This document shows positions 9,681 to 18,792 of a stretch of DNA of 64,000 bases, one piece after another. The notes under the pieces were generated by a model. That model did not search any database and had not been told where the DNA came from. It saw nothing but the letters and a program-made list of their open reading frames with translations. Origin of the DNA: Candidatus Kaiserbacteria bacterium (GTDB lineage: Bacteria; Patescibacteriota; Minisyncoccia; Phycocordibacterales; JABAAK01); NCBI GenBank assembly GCA_028820405.1, contig JAPPJI010000025.1, positions 609 to 64,608 on the forward strand. Reading direction: 5' to 3'. The number at the start of each line of letters is the position of its first letter. Positions within the stretch are counted from its first letter, which is position 1. A program made the position numbers and the translations under genes.

Positions 9681-10355
9681 ATGGCTCTCTCAGATAAACG
9701 AATCCTGAAAGAAATGGAGGCAGGAAATATCATTATTTCCCCGTTTGACCAAACAAACCTCTCTACATCAAGCTATGACGTCACCCTCGGCGAATACTAC
9801 TTCCCTGAGCAGGAGGACGGAAGCACCGTCTACAACCCCTTCAGCAGACAAGACGTTGACCGGGTATGGGGGACAGAGCCGATGACCGCAAAAACAGCGG
9901 AGGAAGTGTTCTGTGACACGCCGTTTGTCTTCGACGGCATCGCAAAAGAAGACCGTGTCATTCTCCTTGACCCGGGCGAGACAATATTGGCTCATACCAA
10001 TGAATTCATCGGCGGGAGAAGCAGAATCACAACCATGATGAAAGCACGGTCTTCATTGGGACGAAACTTCATTGAGGTGTGCAAGTGTGCCGGCTGGGGT
10101 GATGTCGGATACACCAACCGCTGGACCATGGAGATCACCAACAATTCTCGCCGACACTCCATTCCACTCGTCGTTGGTCGGCGCATTGCCCAGATCATCT
10201 TTATTGAAACGGGCGAGATACTGGGAGACGATTACACCCAAAGCGGAAAGTATCAGGCAACGACTGACTTCGTTGAGACTATGCAGGAGACGTGGGACCC
10301 GAGGGCAATGCTCCCCCGAATGTACCATGACCGAGAAATCAAACATACACATTGA
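9681..10355 (+). CDS. dcd: dCTP deaminase
   Basis: MALSDKRILKEMEAGNIIISPF.. is the Dcd/dUTPase-fold family. The track ORF has an upstream GTG start overlapping the tRNA; that start was rejected in favour of the ATG at 9681. Confidence 0.85.
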   Translation: MALSDKRILKEMEAGNIIISPFDQTNLSTSSYDVTLGEYYFPEQEDGSTVYNPFSRQDVDRVWGTEPMTAKTAEEVFCDTPFVFDGIAKEDRVILLDPGETILAHTNEFIGGRSRITTMMKARSSLGRNFIEVCKCAGWGDVGYTNRWTMEITNNSRRHSIPLVVGRRIAQIIFIETGEILGDDYTQSGKYQATTDFVETMQETWDPRAMLPRMYHDREIKHTH

Positions 10356-11007
10356 ATCATCGTGGAAAGAACACCTTACCCCTATCTTGGAGAAGCCGGA
10401 TATGGTGACGCTTCGGCAGACCATCCGCACCTACTACCAAGACCCGAGTAAACGTATCTGCCCGCAACCACAAGATGTCTTTCACGCATTCAACCGATGC
10501 CCATTTTCCGATGTCGCCGTGGTGATCCTCGGCCAGGACCCGTACCACGGCAGCGGACAGGCACACGGACTCTCGTTCTCCGTACCGGAAGGCATCACCG
10601 CCCCGCCCTCGTTAAAAAATATTTTCAAAGAGATTCAGAGCGATGTCGGTACTGACCAGCCAAGTCATGGTGACCTCTCCCGATGGGCAGACCAAGGTGT
10701 GTTTCTGCTCAACGCTATCCTGACCGTTGAAGCCGGCAAGCCGGCGTCACACCGAGGAATCGGCTGGGAACAATTTACCGACACCGTCATCACCCTCCTC
10801 TCAAAAAAGCGGGATCGCCTCGTCTTTATGCTCTGGGGAGCGTATGCAAAACAAAAACAGGAGCTCATTGATACGGAGAAACACCTCGTCCTCTCCGCAG
10901 CACACCCGTCACCGTACTCAGCGGCAAACGGATTTTTCGGATGCAAGCACTTCAGTCAGGCAAACACATACCTTACGGAACACGGCAAACCGACCGTTAC
11001 GTGGTGA
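10327..11007 (+). CDS. ung: uracil-DNA glycosylase (family 1)
   Basis: VVILGQDPYHGSGQAHGLSFSV is the canonical UDG motif. The start ATG at 10327 overlaps the dcd 3' end by 29 nt. Confidence 0.85.
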   Translation: MTEKSNIHIESSWKEHLTPILEKPDMVTLRQTIRTYYQDPSKRICPQPQDVFHAFNRCPFSDVAVVILGQDPYHGSGQAHGLSFSVPEGITAPPSLKNIFKEIQSDVGTDQPSHGDLSRWADQGVFLLNAILTVEAGKPASHRGIGWEQFTDTVITLLSKKRDRLVFMLWGAYAKQKQELIDTEKHLVLSAAHPSPYSAANGFFGCKHFSQANTYLTEHGKPTVTW

Positions 11008-12853
11008 CGTCGTCTTCGAAAGCGTTTTGAATAGCGATGCCGTGCTCTTTCAGCAATGCTTCATACTCCTCACGCTCAAGCATCTCGTGCTCAAGGAGTT
11101 CGGTAGCAACGATATCCAGTGCTTTCCGATTCTCTGAAAGGAGGGTGTGTGCACGGCTGTGTGCCTCGGCAACAATGCGGCTGACCTCACTGTCAATCTG
11201 CTTCTCCAGATCCTGTGAATGCAACTCCCGACTGCCAGGGTGCACGGACAGCTGTCGCAGTGCAATCGGACCGACACTGTCAGACATGCCGAACCGCGTC
11301 ACCATGTCATGTGCAAGGTGGGAGACTTCAGAGAGATCGCTCGACGGACCAGTGGTGACATCGCCGAAAACAATTTTCTCCGCTGTGTAGCCGCCGAGAG
11401 CCATGGCGATGGTATCAAGAAACTCAGCCCGTGTTTTCAAACGACGCTCCGTATCCGGCAGTGAGAGAACAAACCCACCGGCATGTCCGCGAGAGACAAT
11501 GGTAATTTTTTGCACCGGATCAGCGTACGGAAGCATTGATGCAAGGAGTGCGTGTCCCGCTTCGTGGTACGCGATCACCTTCTTCTCACGCTTTGTGATG
11601 ACGCGCCCCTTCCGCTCAGGTCCCAGCATTACCTTTTCGATAGCGTCAATGAGGTCTTGCTGCCTGATCGTCTTCCTTGAGTCACGAACGGCAAGAATGG
11701 CTGCTTCGTTGACGATGGATGCAAGGTCAGCACCGGAGAGCCCGGGGGTTCGCCTCGCAATGGCAGTGAAGTCAACGTCACCTTCAAATGTTTTCTCCCG
11801 TGCATGCACGTCCAGTATCTCTTTCCGCTCCTTAATGTCCGGCAGATCAACCACAACTTTTCGGTCAAACCGACCGGGACGAAGGAGTGCGTTGTCGAGA
11901 ATATCCGGGCGGTTGGTTGACGCGAGCACCACCACCTTATCCGTCTGCTCAAAACCGTCCATCTCAACCAGAATCTGGTTCAGCGTCTGCTCCCGCTCGT
12001 CATTGCCGCCACCGAGACCGGATCCGCGTGCCCGACCGACCGCATCAATCTCGTCAATAAATACAATGGCGGGTGCCATCTTTTTTGCATTTGAAAAGAG
12101 ATCACGGACTCGTGATGCCCCAACACCGACAAACATCTCAACAAACTCGGATGCGGAAATCGAAAAGAACGGAACGGCAGCTTCGCCGGCAACTGCACGG
12201 GCAAGCAGTGTTTTTCCGGTACCCGGTGCACCGGTGAGCATTACTCCCTTCGGCACCTTTGCACCAACACTGAGAAATCGATCGGGATGTTTGAGAAATT
12301 CAACGAACTCTTGCAGCTCCTGCTTCGCTTCAGCGGCACCGGCGACGTCACGAAACATCACGCGGTTTCCTTTGTCCTGCGGACCGAGGAACCGTGCACG
12401 GGATCGGGAGAATTGAAACACCTGCATGCCACCCATTCCTTTCGCCTGACGAGAGAGGTACCAGAAAAAGAGGATGAGAATGAGGATCGGGAAGAGGAAG
12501 GGGAGCAGTGAGCGCAGCCAGAAGCCGAACCCTCCCTCCCGCTCAACGTCGTACGAAAGGGCAACGAGCTGTGCCGGTGTTACGCCGAAGCCGGCGAGTG
12601 TCTCTTCAAAGGTTGCTGAGGGCTCCTTACGCAGGGTACCAATACGGTCATCGGCGTAGGTAACTTCAACATCCTGACCGCGAACAACAATTTTAGCGAC
12701 CGCACCGTCATGAATTGCAGTCGCGACCTCAGAGACGGTCGGCTCAAGCGGCTTCTCCTGGTCAAAACCGCCGAACATGTAGGAAAAGAGGATGCTCGCA
12801 CCGACGAACCAAATGAGAATTGTGATGATTTTTGAGGGAAGCCGACTATCCAT
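10997..12853 (-). CDS. ftsH: ATP-dependent zinc metalloprotease FtsH
   Basis: It has an AAA module (GPPGTGKT, DEIDAV), an HEAGHA zinc motif and an N-terminal transmembrane segment. The start is uncertain among 12853, 12937 and 12970. Confidence 0.85.
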   Translation of the reverse strand: MDSRLPSKIITILIWFVGASILFSYMFGGFDQEKPLEPTVSEVATAIHDGAVAKIVVRGQDVEVTYADDRIGTLRKEPSATFEETLAGFGVTPAQLVALSYDVEREGGFGFWLRSLLPFLFPILILILFFWYLSRQAKGMGGMQVFQFSRSRARFLGPQDKGNRVMFRDVAGAAEAKQELQEFVEFLKHPDRFLSVGAKVPKGVMLTGAPGTGKTLLARAVAGEAAVPFFSISASEFVEMFVGVGASRVRDLFSNAKKMAPAIVFIDEIDAVGRARGSGLGGGNDEREQTLNQILVEMDGFEQTDKVVVLASTNRPDILDNALLRPGRFDRKVVVDLPDIKERKEILDVHAREKTFEGDVDFTAIARRTPGLSGADLASIVNEAAILAVRDSRKTIRQQDLIDAIEKVMLGPERKGRVITKREKKVIAYHEAGHALLASMLPYADPVQKITIVSRGHAGGFVLSLPDTERRLKTRAEFLDTIAMALGGYTAEKIVFGDVTTGPSSDLSEVSHLAHDMVTRFGMSDSVGPIALRQLSVHPGSRELHSQDLEKQIDSEVSRIVAEAHSRAHTLLSENRKALDIVATELLEHEMLEREEYEALLKEHGIAIQNAFEDDVTT

Positions 12854-12971
12854 TGAGACAACAAGGCGACGAGAACCCCTCTTCTTTTTCCTTGTTTTCT
12901 TCCCTCTTTCTCCACCTTTTCGACCTTTTTGTACCATACAGAATGGGTAAACAGGCTGTATTATACACACT

Positions 12972-13424
12972 ATGGTCTATATTACGAATAAACAGGTAAA
13001 ACGGCAGTACGAAATCCTCAAAACATACCGTGCGGGGCTCTCCCTTCTCGGCACCGAGACAAAGAGCATCCGAACCGGCAAAGGATCGCTGGTCGGTGCC
13101 ACGGTCCTTGTGCGGGGCGGTGAGGCGTTTCTCGTCAATGCGACCATCCCCGCACACCAGGAGAAAAATGCACCGTCGGGGTATGATCCCGATCGAACGA
13201 GAAAACTGCTCCTGACAAAGCCGGAAGTCCGCGAGTTACACACCGCCCTTGAAAAAAAAGGCTTGACACTTGTTCCGATGGAGATATATAATTCAAGGAG
13301 AAAATTAAAATTGGGGTTTGCTATCGCGAGAAAAAAGAATCCTCGTGACAAGCGAGAAGACTTGAAACGGCGTGATGCCGATCGAGACCGACGACGCTCT
13401 TTGCAAGATGACAGATACGACTAA
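12972..13424 (+). CDS. smpB: SsrA-binding protein SmpB
   Basis: KRQYEILKTYRAGLSLLGTETKSIRTGK.. matches the SmpB family. Confidence 0.85.
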   Translation: MVYITNKQVKRQYEILKTYRAGLSLLGTETKSIRTGKGSLVGATVLVRGGEAFLVNATIPAHQEKNAPSGYDPDRTRKLLLTKPEVRELHTALEKKGLTLVPMEIYNSRRKLKLGFAIARKKNPRDKREDLKRRDADRDRRRSLQDDRYD

Positions 13425-13471
13425 TACCCCCAAAGGGGGCTATCTCAACCCCACCCGAGGTAGTCCCCTTT

Positions 13472-13811
13472 GGGGGTGTCAGGCTTTGACGGATTACATA
13501 CTGTCCCACGTATGCGTGATGAAGGGAGACCTTCTCAAACATCAATCGTTGCAAACACTATTGCACGGCTCTTCAATAGAGCTCCTTCTCCGGCATTCGC
13601 GTAACAGCGACCCGGGGAACATCCGGCTGGCGATTCTCGCTACCTAGTCCGGGTGTAAGATGAGCGGGAAGTCAGGCATGTCCGTATCCGCTTCGGATAT
13701 GCCGTCGCATACAAGCGGAACTTTGGTTCGCACGAACCTATCGTGCTAGGTCACGTACACATACGGGCGACACGTAGTCTGGACGAGGGTTCAATTCCCT
13801 CCACCTCCACC
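13472..13811 (+). ncRNA. ssrA: tmRNA (SsrA), one-piece
   Basis: The 5' end GGGGGTGTCAGGCTTTGACGG pairs with the 3' end CACCTCC-A-CC, including a G3:U70 tRNA-Ala-like pair. The T arm is GAGGG-TTCAATT-CCCTC. The candidate tag ORF is GCA.. ANTIARLFNRAPSPAFA followed by TAA at 13551..13604. It sits directly downstream of smpB. Confidence 0.75.
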
Positions 13812-14249
13812 GATATCACATCGAGGCTTTGCCGCGACATCTATAGCGTTTGTAAAAATAGGAGCGGGTAAAGGAGAGTAGACCTGCTCTGCTGGTACCT
13901 GCCGATACACTTGTCTGGTATGCTGGGCTTGAAACTATTGTATTGAAAAAGTGAGGGCAAGAGTACACGGCTCCTGCCCTCCCCCATTGGCGATGAGGTG
14001 TCTCGAACGAGACAGAAGTAATATACCAGAGAAAAAATTAGGGACATGAACCGAGTGTCCATGCCCCTTTCCCCTTTTGCCTCACCACTCCCCAGCAGGA
14101 GACATTTATATTCTACATCTGCAACCACACCTCGTACATTAGGTTGACCGCATAGAAAAGCCCGAGTACCTGTAATAAAAAGAGTGCTGCACCTGCGACA
14201 AACGAAAACATCCTCCTCATTCAATACTCCCTCACACCGCCTCACAATG

Positions 14250-14291
14250 AAAAAATAGGAGGAGCAGATTGTGCGTCTGCCCCTCCTTTTA
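14250..14291. terminator. bidirectional Rho-independent terminator
   Basis: An A-run precedes the hairpin AGGAGGAGCAGA-ttgtgcg-TCTGCCCCTCCT, which is followed by TTTTAT. Confidence 0.45.
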
Positions 14292-14361
14292 TCGTCCCGT
14301 GGTGGCGGCGGGCACCGTAGGATCGGGACGAAACGAGAGGAACAGCGGAACCTCCCGTGGA

Positions 14362-14523
14362 TCAGTGCAGGTTTTTTACAACCTGAAACAGCAGGACAAG
14401 TCCCAGCATCGCAACCGCAAGTGCAGTAGTGGGAACCGCAGCCATCACGATTGTGGTGCCAAGGTCTTTCAATGAAACCTTATCCTCACTTCCCGCAAGG
14501 ACGTGCCTCTTTTCGCCTTCCAT
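14362..14523 (-). CDS. hypothetical 53-aa membrane protein
   Basis: Translation is MEGEKRHVLAGSEDKVSLKDLGTTIVMAAVPTTALAVAMLGLVLLFQVVKNLH. It has a GAGAGAGGGAGA RBS and a terminator about 70 nt downstream. It is under 60 aa, so absent from the ORF track. Confidence 0.3.
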   Translation of the reverse strand: MEGEKRHVLAGSEDKVSLKDLGTTIVMAAVPTTALAVAMLGLVLLFQVVKNLH

Positions 14524-14789
14524 TCGTCTCCCTCTCTCTGATTTTGTGTATGTACACCGCCAGAGATATTTATATCATGCCAGAAAATCCTACACAATAG
14601 TATAGTGTTTTTCCCCTGAATCGGGTAATGGATATTACCCGACCTAGACATAACGAAGGTAACTATTTACGTTACGCATGTCGCATGACACACCTCCTTA
14701 AAGAGTGTGGTGAAGGAACGAATCTAATAAGATAATATCACGATGTGATATATTTATCAAATTCTTTGTTGCCCTGATTACCCCTAAAA

Positions 14790-14832
14790 TAGCCCCCCTT
14801 GGATACTTCTATACCCAAGGGGGTTGTGTTTC
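14790..14832. terminator. hairpin terminator at the 3' end of the lipoprotein gene
   Basis: The hairpin CCCCCTTGG-loop-CCAAGGGGG has T-rich tracts on both sides. Confidence 0.45.
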
Positions 14833-15292
14833 ATTCCGCATCGAGCAACACCCAGACACTCCATCGAATACTCTTCACCGAACGACCCGTTTCCCGAATC
14901 TTGGACCGAATTCGTACGGCCTCTTGCACAAAATCATACGGATCGGAAAAGACCCCTACCCCTAACGGCATTAAGCGAACTGAACTGACACCATGTGTGT
15001 CAGCTTCGACTGTGTAAAAATGCTGAAACCCCGTGCGTGCTAATGTTTCCTCAACAGTGCTCGCCGATGCCCGAACTATCTGCTCATCCATCACACCGCC
15101 ATTGCCAAGAGCAATCGTGACAATTTCGGGATCAGAGTTGGTCACCAGCGTCCGCACTATCGCAACCTGTGTAACGGAAGGGACAACATTCCCGTTCTCT
15201 GACAGATGACTGTCACTATGATCCGGCGACGAACATGCTGCAGAGAGCAACGAAACAAGACCAGGCACCACAGTAAACAGTATCTTCTTCAT
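14831..15292 (-). CDS. lipoprotein of unknown function
   Basis: The start is set at MKKILFTVVPGLVSLLSAAC (a lipobox-like SAAC). The RBS is AGGAAGGA. Confidence 0.55.
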   Translation of the reverse strand: MKKILFTVVPGLVSLLSAACSSPDHSDSHLSENGNVVPSVTQVAIVRTLVTNSDPEIVTIALGNGGVMDEQIVRASASTVEETLARTGFQHFYTVEADTHGVSSVRLMPLGVGVFSDPYDFVQEAVRIRSKIRETGRSVKSIRWSVWVLLDAE

Positions 15293-15424
15293 ACTGTCCT
15301 TCCTTTCGCTTGCTGGGCTGCATTGCCCACAACAATAGTGCGAAACTGCAGATAACAGCAACAAGACTGATCAATACTCTCGACATCCTGTCCTCCTTTC
15401 GTCTATTGGGCTTCATTGCCCATA
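15293..15424. repeat. imperfect direct repeat of about 37 bp (15293..15330 and 15387..15424), a duplicated 5' leader/RBS module
   Basis: The copies are about 80% identical and 94 bp apart. On the minus strand each reads TGGGCAATG(C/A)AGCCCA..CGAAAGGA(A)GGACAG, immediately followed by an ATG that opens a signal peptide. A small palindrome TGGGC-N6-GCCCA lies inside. Confidence 0.4.
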
Positions 15425-15457
15425 GGTAGTATACAACCGCATGCTACAATACTATTT

Positions 15458-16315
15458 ATGGATGTTCGGGTAAAGTTTGTTCTCAGCATGATTGGACTTG
15501 TTCTGTTCATTGTCGCACTCAGCATTGTCGTCTATTTCGTTGTCCGAGATGCAGCAGTGCCGGATGATACTACGGCACCGGCACGAATCGGCACACCGGG
15601 ACAGAGCGATCCCGTACTCGGGTTTGATAACATTCTTGGCGGTGAGCCAGATCCAGAAGAAGAAACAGAGGAGTCCAACCCGGGACTGACATTGAGTCCG
15701 CCGGAGACCCCTGACCAAGAAGAGCCGTCACCACGGGGAACTGAGCAACTCGGCGAGCAGGTATATACCGTTCGCATGCTGGGAACGTGGAATAAAAATG
15801 TGCATGGATCGTGGTACCCGGACGGTGCACATCTCTCTCCTATGGTTGCATGGTCTCACCGGCCGGGCGACCACATCTACGCCCTCGGCAAGTCTGCAAG
15901 TATTGGCGTTGAGTCGGTTGCGGAAACCGGATCTCCTCGCCGCATTGAGCGAGAAATTCACGCGGTGCAAAACGAGGGATACATCCTTGACTACGCTATC
16001 GGTAAAAAGATCTACGCCCCCGGCGAGGACATGGTGCAGATTCGGGTAGCGGAACATGCATCGAATATAACGGTTATCAGCATGATCGCACCGAGTCCGG
16101 ATTGGTTTGTTGCGGCAAAGAATATCTCCCTTTTTGAAAATGGATCGTGGGTAGAGCGGAAACAATACGCTGCCAGTATCTATGACTCAGGAACAGATTC
16201 CGGTGAAACATTCTCTGCAAGAGATATTGACACAAACCCGAAGGAATCCATTGACCTTCTGCCAAACCAGCCAGATGTGCCGATTGTTACCTTCGAATTT
16301 GTCAGAGAACACTAG
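15458..16315 (+). CDS. membrane-anchored protein with a spondin_N-like domain
   Basis: It has an N-terminal transmembrane segment and an acidic/Pro-rich linker. The motifs GSWYPDG, SPDWFVAAKN and YDSGTDSG resemble spondin_N. The assignment is from memory. Confidence 0.45.
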   Translation: MDVRVKFVLSMIGLVLFIVALSIVVYFVVRDAAVPDDTTAPARIGTPGQSDPVLGFDNILGGEPDPEEETEESNPGLTLSPPETPDQEEPSPRGTEQLGEQVYTVRMLGTWNKNVHGSWYPDGAHLSPMVAWSHRPGDHIYALGKSASIGVESVAETGSPRRIEREIHAVQNEGYILDYAIGKKIYAPGEDMVQIRVAEHASNITVISMIAPSPDWFVAAKNISLFENGSWVERKQYAASIYDSGTDSGETFSARDIDTNPKESIDLLPNQPDVPIVTFEFVREH

Positions 16316-17649
16316 ACAAGTACCTTTTTCAACTCCTCACGGATAATGGCACGCTCATCCCAGTGACGAGACTCGCCGTTCACCTCATACGTTGTCTCAG
16401 CTCCCTTGCCGGCGATAACAACGACATCCCCTTTCTTTGCCTGGGAAAGGGCGTAGGCAATTCCTGCCCTTCGATCAAGTTTCTCGTGCCAGGTCGCCTT
16501 ACCCACTTTTTTCAAACCACGGACAACCGCAGTGGCAATATCACTTGGATCATCAAAGTACGGATCGTTATTTGATATCACAACGACGTCGGCATAGCGA
16601 CCGGCAGTCTCGCCAATCTCTTCCGCGTTATACTTCCAGCGAGAACCGCCGACTGCACCGGTGAGAAGGATCAACCGACCTCCGTCGGAGACAAACGGTC
16701 GCAGTGTCGTGCAGACACTCTTGATACTCAGCGGCTCATGAGCATAGTCGCAGTACACCCGAAACGGCTGACTGTCGGCAACGGTCATCGGCTCAAGCCG
16801 ACCCCGCAGGACAACTGATGAAAGTGCCTGCCGAAGATCTTTCGGTGATGCACTGCAGTATCGCTGTGCGAGAATAACGGCAGGTGCCGCGTTATACGCA
16901 GCAATCGTCCCGGGAAACGGTGTCGTGTATTCGCTGCCGTCAACAGAGAACGAACCGCCGTCACCTGACTGCAGAGCAACTGCTGCCTTCTTGGAAAAAC
17001 CGAAAAGAATTTGTTCACTGAGTGATGACCCGGAGAGGTTGGAGAAGTAGTCGGCATTCCCGTCATCTGCGTTAATCAAAACAAACCGCTTCACCAAACG
17101 TCCGTTAAGAACCTTCTGTCGAGATCGTGCATGGTTCCGAAAAAGCACCCCTTTAACCGCACGATACCGCTCAAACGTCTTGTGTGTCACCAGGTGCTCC
17201 GGCGAGAGATTGGTGAAAACAACCGAATCATACTGCACACCGAGAACGCGAAAGTGGCGAATCGCTTCAGAGGGGGTCTCGATAACGGCATACGTACATC
17301 CCTCCTGCACCATCGCACGAAGATACCGCTGCACATACCCGCGACCGGGTAGTGTCATGTGTCTGGTGTTGACCGCCACTTTGTCACCGATACGCATCTC
17401 AACCGTAGAAAAAAGACCGACCTTTTCTCCCGCGGCAGTCAGGGCAGCGTGAATAAACGCTGCCGTGGTCGTCTTCCCTTTTGTCCCGGTAACCCCGATA
17501 ACAACGAGATGCCGAGAGGGATTCCGGTAGAGGGCGAGGGCGGCAACAGCGAGTGCAAAGTGGTATGCGAGCAGAATGGGTTCCGGTATATACCGCACTA
17601 CCCCCCGCTTCACACGACGGACAATCGTGACGGCGTCCTCAACGTTCAT
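16312..17649 (-). CDS. murE: Mur ligase family protein (MurE-like UDP-MurNAc-tripeptide synthetase)
   Basis: Motifs VIGVTGTKGKTTT, TNLSPEHL, DYAHEP and a C-terminal GKGAE..W match the Mur ligase family. The start is uncertain: the open frame extends to 17943, overlapping the FemAB 3' end. Confidence 0.7.
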   Translation of the reverse strand: MNVEDAVTIVRRVKRGVVRYIPEPILLAYHFALAVAALALYRNPSRHLVVIGVTGTKGKTTTAAFIHAALTAAGEKVGLFSTVEMRIGDKVAVNTRHMTLPGRGYVQRYLRAMVQEGCTYAVIETPSEAIRHFRVLGVQYDSVVFTNLSPEHLVTHKTFERYRAVKGVLFRNHARSRQKVLNGRLVKRFVLINADDGNADYFSNLSGSSLSEQILFGFSKKAAVALQSGDGGSFSVDGSEYTTPFPGTIAAYNAAPAVILAQRYCSASPKDLRQALSSVVLRGRLEPMTVADSQPFRVYCDYAHEPLSIKSVCTTLRPFVSDGGRLILLTGAVGGSRWKYNAEEIGETAGRYADVVVISNNDPYFDDPSDIATAVVRGLKKVGKATWHEKLDRRAGIAYALSQAKKGDVVVIAGKGAETTYEVNGESRHWDERAIIREELKKVLV

Positions 17650-17671
17650 AACACCGTCAGTATACCAGTCC

Positions 17672-18757
17672 TCATGTACCGATATCGGTGCTCTGCAATT
17701 CAGCAACGGTATACCGATACCACGTCGTGAGGAGACGGCGAGCAGAGAGGATGATCGGAAAACGGAGGAATCGGAACAGGAGGTATCGCCACCACGAGAC
17801 CACAATATCTCGTGGTCGGTCGTAGATAACGACAGACCCGCCGAACTTCTGCTTGAACTCCGAAAGTGAACTGAGGGATGACGATCCTTCAACCTCAACA
17901 CCGCCAAGATTGTATCGACGAATCCCTTGATTCTTTGCCTCATGCAGTGCCCGAATCAATGTGAGGGTCGGCATGCTGTATGCGAGTCCTTCAGGCATGT
18001 TGCCAACAAAAAGGTGGTATGCTTCAGCACCGGTGTATACAACGAGCACCGCTGATACCGGCTTATCGACTGAAATCTCATCAACATAGCCAAGTATGAG
18101 TGCACCGTATTCGGGAGATTCCACGAGCTCAGAGAACACGGTCTCATAGTACTCCCTCGGATGCAGAGAAAATCCTCGTGCCTGTGCCGTCTGCGTGAGA
18201 ATATCATACACATCGGCAAAGTGACTCATGAAATCAACATTTTCGACTCGAAACCGAATACCCTGCTGATTCTGCTCATACTTTTGTATTTGCCGTCTCG
18301 TGCTTTTAGAAAAAGATGCGGTGATGTTTTCCATGTCACCGTCAATTGAGATAACCCGTTCAGCAACCGGCTGCACAAAACTACCCGGTCCCTGTTCTGC
18401 CAGGGCAGACCGAACCCGATCGGTCGGCGGCACTCGATGCAGTCTGAGGTGTGATGTCGGCGATGCTTCAGAGCAACGGCGACGAAGTTCGTGATAGAAT
18501 TCGGATTCGATGGATGGCGAGCTGAATGTACCTATCGGTCCGTGATCGGCAACCCATACACAGCCGGTGCCGGGAAGGTCATACCCGACACATTGTGCGA
18601 ACGCCTGCACGGCACCGCTCGGATCAGATACCGCAAGGGTAATCACCTTCTGCCCGTACGCCTGCTTCCACCTTCGGTAAAAGAGACTCTGGTGGAGCGG
18701 GACATCATCAAAATACTGGTCGGGATCAAAATCATCCGCCGGCTGATGGATATACAT
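17672..18757 (-). CDS. FemAB-family peptidoglycan interpeptide-bridge aminoacyltransferase
   Basis: YNLGGVEVEGSSSLSSLSEFKQKFGG is a FemAB-type motif. The protein is about 361 aa. Confidence 0.65.
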   Translation of the reverse strand: MYIHQPADDFDPDQYFDDVPLHQSLFYRRWKQAYGQKVITLAVSDPSGAVQAFAQCVGYDLPGTGCVWVADHGPIGTFSSPSIESEFYHELRRRCSEASPTSHLRLHRVPPTDRVRSALAEQGPGSFVQPVAERVISIDGDMENITASFSKSTRRQIQKYEQNQQGIRFRVENVDFMSHFADVYDILTQTAQARGFSLHPREYYETVFSELVESPEYGALILGYVDEISVDKPVSAVLVVYTGAEAYHLFVGNMPEGLAYSMPTLTLIRALHEAKNQGIRRYNLGGVEVEGSSSLSSLSEFKQKFGGSVVIYDRPRDIVVSWWRYLLFRFLRFPIILSARRLLTTWYRYTVAELQSTDIGT

Positions 18758-18792
18758 TACTTCTAGTATAGTATGATTGATTGCGGTGGGTG

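Noticed and set aside
11403-12416. 337-aa plus-strand ORF and other long ORFs antisense to ftsH
   Set aside because: They are shadow ORFs inside a confidently identified gene. Their composition is low-complexity S/R/A-rich and they carry no motifs.
13372-13647. 91-aa ORF overlapping ssrA
   Set aside because: The region folds as tmRNA. The ORF is an alternative frame of the tag region.
13780-13812. attL/attR-type direct repeat of the ssrA 3' end that would delimit an integrated element
   Set aside because: No second copy of the TTCAATTCCCTCCACCTCC segment was found in the window. A 9-nt match near 9546 is too short to be meaningful.
13841-14245. 134-aa minus-strand ORF downstream of ssrA
   Set aside because: It has no RBS and a Cys/Arg-rich nonsense-like composition. 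It spans the hairpin terminator region.
16312-17943. Full 543-aa version of the Mur ligase ORF
   Set aside because: The N-terminal roughly 98 residues are S/R-rich with no ligase similarity and overlap the FemAB gene. It is trimmed to Met99, with uncertainty noted.
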